Part shown: positions 1 to 7,727 of the stretch, piece after piece
Layout: the number at the start of each line of letters is the position of its first letter
How positions within the stretch are numbered: the stretch's first letter is position 1
Source: a virus
Taxonomy: Duplodnaviria > Caudoviricetes
Length of the DNA stretch: 36,278 nt
Direction: 5' to 3' (one strand)
Virus record (IMG/VR): IMGVR_UViG_3300032233_001741
Span: 1-36,278 of that record
The notes under the pieces: generated by a model
Seen by the model: the letters and a program-made list of their open reading frames with translations, nothing else
What the model was told of the DNA's origin: nothing
The model's database searches: none
Made by a program: the position numbers and the translations under genes

Positions 1-180
1 GCCTAATGTAGTTGCATTAATATTTGTACCAGAAGCAGAATATTGGCCGCCAATTCTGGTTGATTGTACCGCTGCACCCTGTACGCCTAATTGAACAGAA
101 TCAGTAATTCTTGATGTAATTTCTGCAGCAAAAACAGGTGTAGTTAAGAATAACGAAAAGGCTAGAAGAAGTCTTTTCAT
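1..180 (-). CDS. 5' part of a hypothetical protein with a signal-peptide-like N-terminus (runs off the window edge)
   Basis: Manual translation from the ATG at 180 gives MKRLLLAFSLFLTTPVFAAEITSRITDSVQLGVQGAAVQSTRIGGQYSASGTNINATTLG, open to position 1. It has a basic-hydrophobic-VFA/A signal pattern, and a minus-strand late promoter lies at 207-213. Confidence 0.75.
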   Translation of the reverse strand, partial: MKRLLLAFSLFLTTPVFAAEITSRITDSVQLGVQGAAVQSTRIGGQYSASGTNINATTLG

Positions 181-206
181 TTTTCTAGAAAATAATGGAC
201 TATAAG

Positions 207-213
207 TATTTAG
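207..213 (-). promoter_or_regulatory. T4-like late promoter (CTAAATA) for the leftward gene
   Basis: TATTTAG on + reads CTAAATA on -, 26 nt upstream of the ATG at 180. Confidence 0.55.
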
Positions 214-244
214 ATGAAAAAATTTGCAATTGACCGAACATAGG

Positions 245-278
245 TTGACAGAATTTTCCGAGAGTGCTATAATAAATA
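245..278 (+). promoter_or_regulatory. psbA promoter: consensus sigma70 promoter with an overlapping T4-like late promoter
   Basis: TTGACA (245-250), 17-nt spacer, TATAAT (268-273) preceded by TGn (extended -10). ATAAATA at 272-278 overlaps the -10. Confidence 0.9.
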
Positions 279-288
279 AGTCTTAAGG

Positions 289-306
289 AATGTAACGTTT
301 CTTAAC
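289..306 (-). promoter_or_regulatory. HLR1-like (RpaB-type) direct repeat just downstream of the psbA promoter
   Basis: The minus strand reads GTTAAGAA-AC-GTTACATT. Against the HLR1 consensus (G/T)TTACA(T/A)(T/A)-N2-(G/T)TTACA(T/A)(T/A), one half is perfect and the other has 2 mismatches. Confidence 0.45.
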
Positions 307-420
307 CTTGCCCCACCGAGACTAAAGGGCAAGTAAAATCCGTCTCTCATACCTACACTGGAGGGTGGTGTAGGAATACTGTAACTGTTCAATTCCCCTT
401 GGACTCATACTTACCCTTTT
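307..420 (+). ncRNA. PhotoRC-II-like structured RNA in the psbA 5' UTR
   Basis: Stems CTTGCCC (307-313)/GGGCAAG (327-333) and CCTACAC (352-358)/GTGTAGG (368-374), the latter with a GGAGGG loop. A potential pseudoknot pairs GAGAC (318-322) with GTCTC (342-346). Its position directly upstream of a cyanophage psbA fits the PhotoRC-II motif. Confidence 0.75.
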
Positions 421-425
421 AACAA

Positions 426-1505
426 ATGACTGCTACAATTGCTTTACGTAAATCTACTAGCCCCTGGGAACAGTTTTGCCAGTGGGTTACTTCTACGAAT
501 AACCGCCTCTATGTGGGCTGGTTCGGTGTATTGATGATTCCAACGTTGCTTGCCGCAACGATTTGTTTCATCATCGCATTCGTTGGTGCCCCTCCTGTAG
601 ACATCGACGGCATTCGTGAACCTGTATCTGGTTCATTAATGTACGGTAACAACATCATCTCTGGTGCCGTTGTTCCTTCTTCTAATGCTATTGGACTTCA
701 CTTCTATCCTATCTGGGAAGCTGCTTCCTTAGATGAGTGGCTTTACAACGGTGGTCCTTTCCAACTGGTTGTGTTCCACTTCCTGATTGGTATCTACTGC
801 TACATGGGTCGTGAGTGGGAACTCTCTTATCGTTTAGGTATGCGCCCTTGGATTATGGTTGCTTATAGCGCACCTGTTGCTGCTGCATCTGCTGTATTCC
901 TGGTCTATCCTTTCGGTCAAGGTTCTTTCTCTGATGCAATGCCTCTGGGTATTTCTGGTACGTTCAACTATATGCTTGTGTTCCAGGCAGAGCACAACAT
1001 TCTGATGCACCCCTTCCATATGCTTGGTGTTGCTGGTGTGTTCGGTGGTTCACTGTTCTCTGCGATGCATGGTTCTTTGGTTACTTCGTCACTCGTTCGT
1101 GAAACCACAGAAACTGAATCACAGAATTATGGTTATAAGTTCGGACAAGAAGAAGAGACATACAACATCGTTGCTGCTCATGGTTATTTTGGTCGCCTTA
1201 TTTTCCAATATGCGTCCTTTAATAACTCACGTTCACTGCACTTCTTCCTTGCTGCCTGGCCCGTTGTAGGCATTTGGTTTGCTGCTCTTGGTGTTTCCAC
1301 GATGGCTTTTAACCTTAACGGTTTTAATTTCAACCAGTCCCTGCTTGATAGTCAGAACAATGTAATTCCTACTTGGGCTGATATTCTTAATCGTGCTGGA
1401 CTCGGTTTTGAGGTAATGCACGAGAGGAACGCACACAATTTCCCACTGGATCTTGCTGCTGCCGAGACAACTCAAGTTGCTTTGACTGCACCCGCAATCG
1501 GTTGA
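426..1505 (+). CDS. psbA: Photosystem II reaction centre protein D1
   Basis: Unmistakable D1 sequence ([48 protein letters not shown]). Full length, no intron, Glu at the 130-equivalent position (MGREWE). Confidence 0.99.
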   Translation: MTATIALRKSTSPWEQFCQWVTSTNNRLYVGWFGVLMIPTLLAATICFIIAFVGAPPVDIDGIREPVSGSLMYGNNIISGAVVPSSNAIGLHFYPIWEAASLDEWLYNGGPFQLVVFHFLIGIYCYMGREWELSYRLGMRPWIMVAYSAPVAAASAVFLVYPFGQGSFSDAMPLGISGTFNYMLVFQAEHNILMHPFHMLGVAGVFGGSLFSAMHGSLVTSSLVRETTETESQNYGYKFGQEEETYNIVAAHGYFGRLIFQYASFNNSRSLHFFLAAWPVVGIWFAALGVSTMAFNLNGFNFNQSLLDSQNNVIPTWADILNRAGLGFEVMHERNAHNFPLDLAAAETTQVALTAPAIG

Positions 1506-1520
1506 TATAAAACTCAAAAA

Positions 1521-1527
1521 ATAAATA
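1521..1527 (+). promoter_or_regulatory. T4-like late promoter
   Basis: ATAAATA immediately before the psbA terminator hairpin. Confidence 0.55.
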
Positions 1528-1528
1528 G

Positions 1529-1555
1529 AGGAGTTCCACAAGAACTCCTTTTTTT
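1529..1555 (+). terminator. Rho-independent terminator of psbA
   Basis: AGGAGTTC-CACAA-GAACTCCT followed by a T tract. Confidence 0.85.
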
Positions 1556-1621
1556 ATGCTCCTCATCCTCCTGCTCTTCCAACTATTCGGAGTCTTCCTC
1601 TTTCTAATGTCTCTACTATGA
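1556..1621 (+). CDS. Putative 21-aa hydrophobic micro-protein
   Basis: MLLILLLFQLFGVFLFLMSLL*; its stop overlaps the next start (ATGA at 1618-1621). Confidence 0.4.
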   Translation: MLLILLLFQLFGVFLFLMSLL

Positions 1622-1737
1622 TAACCTCCACCACTTCAAATAAACTCGCAGAGATTATCAGAGATACATGGCCCAATCTTTATAGACCAGCAAAAGATTT
1701 TAAACCACCATCAGAATATAAAAAGAAACCCCACTAA
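1618..1737 (+). CDS. Putative 39-aa small protein
   Basis: MITSTTSNKLAEIIRDTWPNLYRPAKDFKPPSEYKKKPH*. It is ATGA-coupled to the previous ORF and fills the gap up to the next late promoter. Confidence 0.55.
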   Translation: MITSTTSNKLAEIIRDTWPNLYRPAKDFKPPSEYKKKPH

Positions 1738-1740
1738 GGA

Positions 1741-1747
1741 ATAAATA
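1741..1747 (+). promoter_or_regulatory. T4-like late promoter
   Basis: ATAAATA 20 nt upstream of the HNH start codon. Confidence 0.6.
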
Positions 1748-1767
1748 CCAATAAGTCGCAAGCACTT

Positions 1768-2193
1768 ATGGGTCCCTTACATTCGCCTAAGGACTATCTG
1801 TTTAATCTTCATACATCATCTAAAAGTGAAGCAAAACGATTATGGAGACAGAATATAAAAGATGCCTGGACCAACGAATGTGCTTATTGTGGATCTGAAG
1901 AAAACATTACACTAGACCATATCCTTCCTCAATGTAAGGGTGGTCTAGATATCAAAACGAATGTGGTTGCATGTTGTCATTCGTGCAATCAATCTAAGGG
2001 TCATACTCCCTGGGAAACCTGGTATTACGATCAAGATTACTTTACCGAAGAAAGATATAATACTATAGTTAATTGGATGAAACCTGATCCAAATCCAAAT
2101 CTATACAAGTATGGTTCAAGAAGGAATAACGCATCTCTATTGACAGTAGATTTAAAATGTGATAAATTAGGAGAGACAAATTTACCTTTTTAA
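1768..2193 (+). CDS. HNH endonuclease
   Basis: CAYC...TLDHILPQCKGG...NVVACCHSCNQSKG: Zn-binding CxxC pairs and the H-N-N catalytic pattern. Confidence 0.9.
   Translation: MGPLHSPKDYLFNLHTSSKSEAKRLWRQNIKDAWTNECAYCGSEENITLDHILPQCKGGLDIKTNVVACCHSCNQSKGHTPWETWYYDQDYFTEERYNTIVNWMKPDPNPNLYKYGSRRNNASLLTVDLKCDKLGETNLPF
2140..2168 (+). promoter_or_regulatory. Sigma70-type (early) promoter inside the HNH 3' end
   Basis: TTGACA (2140-2145), 17 nt, TAAATT (2163-2168) with a TGn extension, 24 nt upstream of the ATG at 2193. Confidence 0.6.
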
Positions 2194-2375
2194 TGGAAAC
2201 ATTTTCTCAAACATCTTCTAAACTGTATGATAGACATAATTATAAATTAGTTTTGGTTGATGGTAGTAGCAAAACATTTGATAACTATCACGATGTTCAA
2301 GCAATGTGGTATGAGATTGCCAATGACTCTTTGAGTCACATAGAAGTATTAGACAAACACAAAGGATTCAACTAA
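2193..2375 (+). CDS. Hypothetical protein (60 aa)
   Basis: TAATG overlaps at both ends, its own promoter, and normal amino acid composition. Confidence 0.75.
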   Translation: METFSQTSSKLYDRHNYKLVLVDGSSKTFDNYHDVQAMWYEIANDSLSHIEVLDKHKGFN

Positions 2376-2983
2376 TGAGTGATATTAAAATATACAAATC
2401 TGATATTAGAGATTTTATTGGAATCTTTGATACTGATTTTGATTGCCAATCAATGATTAATACCTTCAATACTCTTCAAGAAACTAATAAAACTTTTATT
2501 AGAAACTATGCAAGAGATGAAAAAGAAACTGAAGATGAGGCATATTACTGTCATCCAGCTCACCCAAAAAATTTTGGTGGAGAGAGTTATGAAATTGATG
2601 TTGCCATTCTTGGTGAATATAATGAGTTGATGAATGCTTGTTTTGAAATATATGGTGATACTTATACAGCATTGAAAAAAATGGCAAGTTTTCAGTGGAG
2701 TGTTAATATTCAAAAAACTAAACCAGGGCAAGGATATCATGCTTGGCATTGCGAAAGATGTAATATTTTAAGTTCTGGAAGACATCTAACTACAATGGTT
2801 TATTTGAATGATGTTCTTGATGGAGGAGAAACTGAATTTCTCTATCAAAGTCGTAGGATTAAACCAAGAGCAGGCAGGGTGGTAATTTTTCCCGTAGAAT
2901 GGACTCATACTCATAGAGGAAATCCTCCTCTTTCTGGAGATAAGTATATTATGACAAGTTGGTTATACCATAGGAATCCATAA
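2375..2983 (+). CDS. 2OG-Fe(II) oxygenase superfamily protein
   Basis: GYHAWHCE (HxE), YLNDVLDGGETEF and WTHTHRGNPP...KYIMTSW: the typical cyanophage prolyl-hydroxylase-like motif set. Confidence 0.92.
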   Translation: MSDIKIYKSDIRDFIGIFDTDFDCQSMINTFNTLQETNKTFIRNYARDEKETEDEAYYCHPAHPKNFGGESYEIDVAILGEYNELMNACFEIYGDTYTALKKMASFQWSVNIQKTKPGQGYHAWHCERCNILSSGRHLTTMVYLNDVLDGGETEFLYQSRRIKPRAGRVVIFPVEWTHTHRGNPPLSGDKYIMTSWLYHRNP

Positions 2984-2986
2984 ATA
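2980..2986 (+). promoter_or_regulatory. T4-like late promoter opening the structural gene block
   Basis: ATAAATA overlapping the oxygenase stop codon, 25 nt before the ATG at 3012. Confidence 0.6.
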
Positions 2987-3011
2987 TAGATATCGGAAAA
3001 AAACTACACTA

Positions 3012-3344
3012 ATGTCAGCAGCAGCACTCAATCTTACAATTGAGCAAGGAACAGATTTTGAAGTTAAATTTACCGTTAGAAATAAAAGCGGTGCTCCCTT
3101 GAACTTACTAAGTTATACTGCAACCAGCTCATTACGAAAGCATCATACAGCAACAACCTCATATCCATTCATTGTCACTTTTCTTGACAGAGCAAATGGT
3201 AGAATAGCATTGTCTATGACAGACACTGTGACTTCTACTCTTACTGAGGGAAGGCATGTATATGATGTAATTTTAACTTCTCCAAGTGGATTGAAGAGTA
3301 GAGCAGTTATGGGTTCAGTCATCGTTTCACCTGGAGTGAGTTGA
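3012..3344 (+). CDS. Small virion structural protein (baseplate/fibre-attachment type beta-sandwich)
   Basis: NLTIEQGTDF...GRIALSMTDTVTSTLTEGRHVYDVIL...GSVIVSPGVS, a pattern common in T4-like phage structural genes; preceded by a late promoter. Confidence 0.65.
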   Translation: MSAAALNLTIEQGTDFEVKFTVRNKSGAPLNLLSYTATSSLRKHHTATTSYPFIVTFLDRANGRIALSMTDTVTSTLTEGRHVYDVILTSPSGLKSRAVMGSVIVSPGVS

Positions 3345-4057
3345 TGGCTGATTATATCATAACTATGGATGATGAGGATAATGAATATGATGTGAGGGCG
3401 GATACTGGCGTCCTCAAATATAATATTGGCGTTAGTTATGAGATTCCTACAAAGTCCACTCAGTATAGTAATCTATTATTAGATAATTTTTCTGCTTCCT
3501 TTAATGGATCAAATCGCACATTTCCTTTAAGGGTAAATGGCGAACCATACTTTCCATTAAACGATCAGCAACTTATCATATCAATTAATGATGTAGTTCT
3601 GAGTCCTGGAATTGATTATCAGGTAACTGGAAGTAACGTCTATTTTACAGTAGCACCTACTTCGGGTCAGCAGTTCTTTGGTGTTGCGATGGCAACAACT
3701 GCGGATCTTACAAGAACAGTTAATTTTCTTGTCGATAATGGATCTGTAGATATTCCTCCTGGTTCAAAAGGTCAACTTAAGATCGATGTTACTGGAACGA
3801 TTGAATCCTGGATGGTAGTCTCTAGGGATACTGGATCAATTGTTTTTGACATTAAAAAATGTACCTATGATACCTACCCAGTTTTTACATCCATTGTTGG
3901 AAGTGAATATCCCAGATTAAATAATGAAATTAAAAGTAGAGATGAAAGTCTTTCTACTTGGAACAGTACAATTACTGCAGGAGATATTTTGGATTTTGAA
4001 GTTTTAAGTTGCACTGGGATTACAGATTGTTCTGTTTTTCTTAGACTTAGACTCTAA
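3341..4057 (+). CDS. Virion structural protein (tail/baseplate-associated)
   Basis: Contains the LDNFSASFNG..TFPL...QLIISINDVVLSPGIDYQV.GS.VYFTVAP module typical of cyanophage fibre and baseplate proteins. The start is TTG 3341 or ATG 3344. Confidence 0.7.
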   Translation: MMADYIITMDDEDNEYDVRADTGVLKYNIGVSYEIPTKSTQYSNLLLDNFSASFNGSNRTFPLRVNGEPYFPLNDQQLIISINDVVLSPGIDYQVTGSNVYFTVAPTSGQQFFGVAMATTADLTRTVNFLVDNGSVDIPPGSKGQLKIDVTGTIESWMVVSRDTGSIVFDIKKCTYDTYPVFTSIVGSEYPRLNNEIKSRDESLSTWNSTITAGDILDFEVLSCTGITDCSVFLRLRL

Positions 4058-4076
4058 TTTTCCCATTCTTAAAATT

Positions 4077-4084
4077 TATAAATA
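4077..4084 (+). promoter_or_regulatory. T4 late promoter consensus
   Basis: Exact TATAAATA; the downstream gene has a strong AAGGAG SD. Confidence 0.8.
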
Positions 4085-4136
4085 ATAGAAGAAATATTTC
4101 GCTGCTGCCCCCCACAGTTAAAAAGGAGATTTATAA

Positions 4137-5516
4137 ATGGCACTTTTAGTTCATGATAACGGAGAACTTCAATCTTTACGTTATCTTGTAAATAGTCACA
4201 ACATCGTTCCAAATAACTTAATCCTTAAGTTATACTCAAGTAACACTACTCCTATTGAGAGTGATGTTCCTTCACAGGTTAAGTATTATGAGCCATATGA
4301 TTCAACGGGTCTTGTTGGATATGGCACTGCTCCTTCAACTGGATATCCTTCTATTATTGATAATAGAAATGATGAAACCTATTCAAGACAATATGGAATT
4401 CTTCTTGATGGCAGCAGATGGAATGTAAGAACTATTACAACTCCTATTAAGTCAACAACTGGCAGTGGCAACATCAACGAATATACCATCACTGTAGCAT
4501 CAACCACTAACATTGCTGTAGGGCATTATGTTACTGGTGGTAGTGTTGGAACAAACGCAACGGTTGCTGCAATTGACGGTAGCACAATCGTTCTTACAGT
4601 TAAGAATACTGCTAACTTCTCTAACCAAGCACTTGATTTTGGTGTAGGTACAACTACTGCATCATACCCAGAGCAAGTATTCACCTTTACTTCTGCTGCA
4701 AATAACCAGTATGGTTATTACCTGGTAAGAGCAAACAATCTTCCTGTTGCAATTCATGGTGTTGCTGATGCAATCACTGTGTCAACTGGATCAACAATTG
4801 CCAAGCTTCAAGCAAGTGGTACTGTTGGTGTTTCTTCTGTTATTCTTTTTGAAGATAAGTATACTCCAACAGCAACGGGTATTACTTCAGCATTCAGCAT
4901 CTTATCTTCAAACTTAACTGGAATTACTACGGGTCAGAGAGTAATCGGTGCAGGAATTGCAACTGCAGCAAGAGTTGTTGGAACCTCAGGTACTGACGTT
5001 GTTATTCTTGATAAGAAAAACACTGGTACAGTTACTGGCGTAACAACTTTCTTTGTTAATGTAACCGAAAACATCACTCTTGGAATGGGTGTTACTCACG
5101 GAACGGCAATTGGTGAAGTCAATGCTATTCCTTCAGGAACAACGGTTACTGGTATTGATGAGTTGAGAAGAGTTGTTTACCTCAGCAATCCTCTTTCTAA
5201 CAACATTCAGTCTGCTACTGGTAACACCATTTACTTCAACTTCAGTAGGGTGAATGCTACCAGTCATGGACTTGTTCCAGGTGATGTTGTTTATGTTGCT
5301 GCTGGTACTGGTAACACTACAACTACTTCATCTACATACACCGTATTTGAAACACCAACCACATCTACATTTACAACCACACCTGCAATGACAGGTATCG
5401 GAAGTGCAAGCATCTACAGCAGCATCATGTTTGCTGAAAGATTCACGAACGGTCCTTACAACATTCAGAACAACGGTGACCAAATCAAAGTTACTCTGAA
5501 TATCAGCCTAGACTAA
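4137..5516 (+). CDS. Virion structural protein, probably highly expressed, with inserted Thr/Gly-rich domains
   Basis: 459-aa Thr/Gly/Ser-rich ORF with its own late promoter, strong SD and its own terminator. Confidence 0.7.
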   Translation: MALLVHDNGELQSLRYLVNSHNIVPNNLILKLYSSNTTPIESDVPSQVKYYEPYDSTGLVGYGTAPSTGYPSIIDNRNDETYSRQYGILLDGSRWNVRTITTPIKSTTGSGNINEYTITVASTTNIAVGHYVTGGSVGTNATVAAIDGSTIVLTVKNTANFSNQALDFGVGTTTASYPEQVFTFTSAANNQYGYYLVRANNLPVAIHGVADAITVSTGSTIAKLQASGTVGVSSVILFEDKYTPTATGITSAFSILSSNLTGITTGQRVIGAGIATAARVVGTSGTDVVILDKKNTGTVTGVTTFFVNVTENITLGMGVTHGTAIGEVNAIPSGTTVTGIDELRRVVYLSNPLSNNIQSATGNTIYFNFSRVNATSHGLVPGDVVYVAAGTGNTTTTSSTYTVFETPTTSTFTTTPAMTGIGSASIYSSIMFAERFTNGPYNIQNNGDQIKVTLNISLD

Positions 5517-5542
5517 TTTTTTGAAAACGATATCTTTATTAT

Positions 5543-5577
5543 GGAGGGGTTGCCAAAGCGATCCCTCCTATTTTTTT
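5543..5577 (+). terminator. Rho-independent terminator
   Basis: GGAGGGGTTGC-CAAA-GCGATCCCTCC (11 bp including G-U pairs) followed by TATTTTTTT. Confidence 0.85.
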
Positions 5578-5593
5578 ATTGTAGGAGACTTGT

Positions 5594-7297
5594 ATGGTAT
5601 TGCGTTACGTAGGTCCAGATTATACATTTGAACAACAACGTGTTGAGATTAACAATCTCGCAACGGACGTTGTTGGATTGGGAACTCCTGCGTATTCAGT
5701 TACCGCTGGATATGCTACAACAGCAGGGACTGCTACAACCGCAACCAATCTTGCAGATGCTGCTAATATTACTACTGGAACAATTAATAAGGATAGAATA
5801 TCATCAACAAACAGTCTTAGTGTTCTTGGTGACTTGTATGTAAGTAATAATATTTCTTTTGGTGGGACAACAACTCAATTAAATACTCAACAACTTAATA
5901 TTGTTGACCCCGACATTGTATTAGGTATTGGAACTTCTTTTAGTCCAACTGATAATACTGCAAATCACGGTGGTATTGCAATTGCATCCACAGAAGGAAC
6001 ACCACTTGTAGATTTAAATATTGTTCCTGGAGAAACCAATCCTTCCACATATAAGAAAATTATGTGGTTTAAGGGTAGTACTATTGGCGCAGGACTTACT
6101 GATGCTTGGTTATTTAATTATGGTGTTGGTATTGGTAGCACACAAGTTCCTAATGGTGTAAGACTTGCAGCAGGTGGAATGCAAGTTACCGATACTACAA
6201 TCAGCACTCCAAACTTAAATGTTACTGGTAATCTTGGTATTGGTATTACAAATCCAACATCTAAACTTGCAGTTGTTGGTAATATTTCTGTTTCTGGAGT
6301 TTCAACTTTTACTGGTGATAGTACTGCAGGAAATCCACCTATTTTTGTAAGAAGAGATGCTAATAATAATGCAGGTATAAAACTTTATTCAACTAGTAAT
6401 GGAAACTTTGTTTTTAGTGAATCTACATCATCAAATGGAAAACCATTAGTATTTGATACTTCTCAACAAGAAAATATTATTTTTAAAATTGTAGGAGTTA
6501 CAAGAGCAATAATTCAACCAACAGGAGAATTATTAGTAGGAACAGCAACAACATCAGGAACAGCAGGAATAACATCAACTGGAACAGCAGGTCAAGGTCT
6601 TCAAGTTGCTGGTATTAGTTCTGGTGCTTATATTGGTGGTAATCTTGGTGTGGGGCATACAAATCCAACATCAAGACTTGATGTAATCGGTAATGCTGCT
6701 GTAAGTGGTTTAACATCAACAAATAATCTTAATGTTACTGGTATATCAACACTCAAATCAACGACTTTAATTGGTGGTGCAACTTCTACTGGAACAGCAT
6801 CGCAGACACTACAAGTTACTGGTGGTGCTTATGTTTCTGGTTCTGTAGGTATAGGAACCACAAATCCAGGAGCAGGAGTTAAACTTGATGTTGTTGGTGG
6901 AGAAATCAAAGCAGGTAGAGTTGATTCAACTAATGAAGGTGGTCAAGTAAGTTTTGGTAGAGCAACTGATAATGCGACTGGTTGGTATATTGATGTTTAT
7001 GGTAATACATCAACACCACAACTTCGTTTTGTTGATGTTAGCACTGCATCAGTAAGAATGACAATTGATAGTGCTGGTGTAATATCTGGCAATGGATCTG
7101 GGTTAACTGGTATTGTTGCAACAGGATCTGGTATTGTGGTTCGGGATGATGGTTCTAATATTGGCACTGCAACAACAATTAACTTTGGTGCAAACTTGAC
7201 CGCATCAATTGCTGGTGGTGTTGCAACTATTGATGCTACTGGCGGCGGAACAGCAACAGCATCAATTGATTTATTAGAAGTAATGTTATTCTCATAA
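5594..7297 (+). CDS. Tail fibre protein
   Basis: N-terminal TFEQQRVEIN motif, repeated GNLGIGITNP / GNLGVGHTNP / GSVGIGTTNP...KLDV fibre repeats, Gly/Thr-rich, AGGAG SD. Confidence 0.85.
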   Translation: MVLRYVGPDYTFEQQRVEINNLATDVVGLGTPAYSVTAGYATTAGTATTATNLADAANITTGTINKDRISSTNSLSVLGDLYVSNNISFGGTTTQLNTQQLNIVDPDIVLGIGTSFSPTDNTANHGGIAIASTEGTPLVDLNIVPGETNPSTYKKIMWFKGSTIGAGLTDAWLFNYGVGIGSTQVPNGVRLAAGGMQVTDTTISTPNLNVTGNLGIGITNPTSKLAVVGNISVSGVSTFTGDSTAGNPPIFVRRDANNNAGIKLYSTSNGNFVFSESTSSNGKPLVFDTSQQENIIFKIVGVTRAIIQPTGELLVGTATTSGTAGITSTGTAGQGLQVAGISSGAYIGGNLGVGHTNPTSRLDVIGNAAVSGLTSTNNLNVTGISTLKSTTLIGGATSTGTASQTLQVTGGAYVSGSVGIGTTNPGAGVKLDVVGGEIKAGRVDSTNEGGQVSFGRATDNATGWYIDVYGNTSTPQLRFVDVSTASVRMTIDSAGVISGNGSGLTGIVATGSGIVVRDDGSNIGTATTINFGANLTASIAGGVATIDATGGGTATASIDLLEVMLFS

Positions 7298-7300
7298 ATA
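7294..7300 (+). promoter_or_regulatory. T4-like late promoter
   Basis: ATAAATA overlapping the stop codon of the fibre gene. Confidence 0.55.
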
Positions 7301-7317
7301 TTTAAAAAGGAAATATA

Positions 7318-7725
7318 ATGGCACTTGCAAAGGCAAATTTAGGATTTCCAATTGTAGTTGGTGCAGGAACCACAGTAACAGCTTATAGTGTTGGTTCTGC
7401 AAAGACTGCATATATTAGAAGCATTGTGATTTGTAATACTTTTGGTGGATCTATTAGTTCTACTATTGCACAAACAGTTCAAATTTATATGGTCCCAAAT
7501 AGTGGTGGATCTATAGGTGTAGCAACAGCAGGAAATAGAATTGGTAGAGTTTCTTTAAGTGCTGATGATACATTTTTTTACGATTTGCAATATCCTATTA
7601 CGCTACAAAATACAGGAGATAGTATTCAAGTTTATAATGAAGGAACAAATGCTTATACACTTTCTGGAATTGCAACAGCAACCAATCCAATTAATGTTGT
7701 AGTATTAGGCGATAAGGAGGTATAA
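7318..7725 (+). CDS. Small fibre-associated beta-sandwich protein
   Basis: TVTAYSV...YIRSIVICN...PITLQNTGDSIQV...INVVVLG; similar in pattern to 16752-17069; AAGG SD. Confidence 0.7.
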   Translation: MALAKANLGFPIVVGAGTTVTAYSVGSAKTAYIRSIVICNTFGGSISSTIAQTVQIYMVPNSGGSIGVATAGNRIGRVSLSADDTFFYDLQYPITLQNTGDSIQVYNEGTNAYTLSGIATATNPINVVVLGDKEV

Positions 7726-7727
7726 AA

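Noticed and set aside
426-1505. Group I intron in psbA, as in some cyanophages
   Set aside because: The ORF is continuous and of normal D1 length (359 aa).
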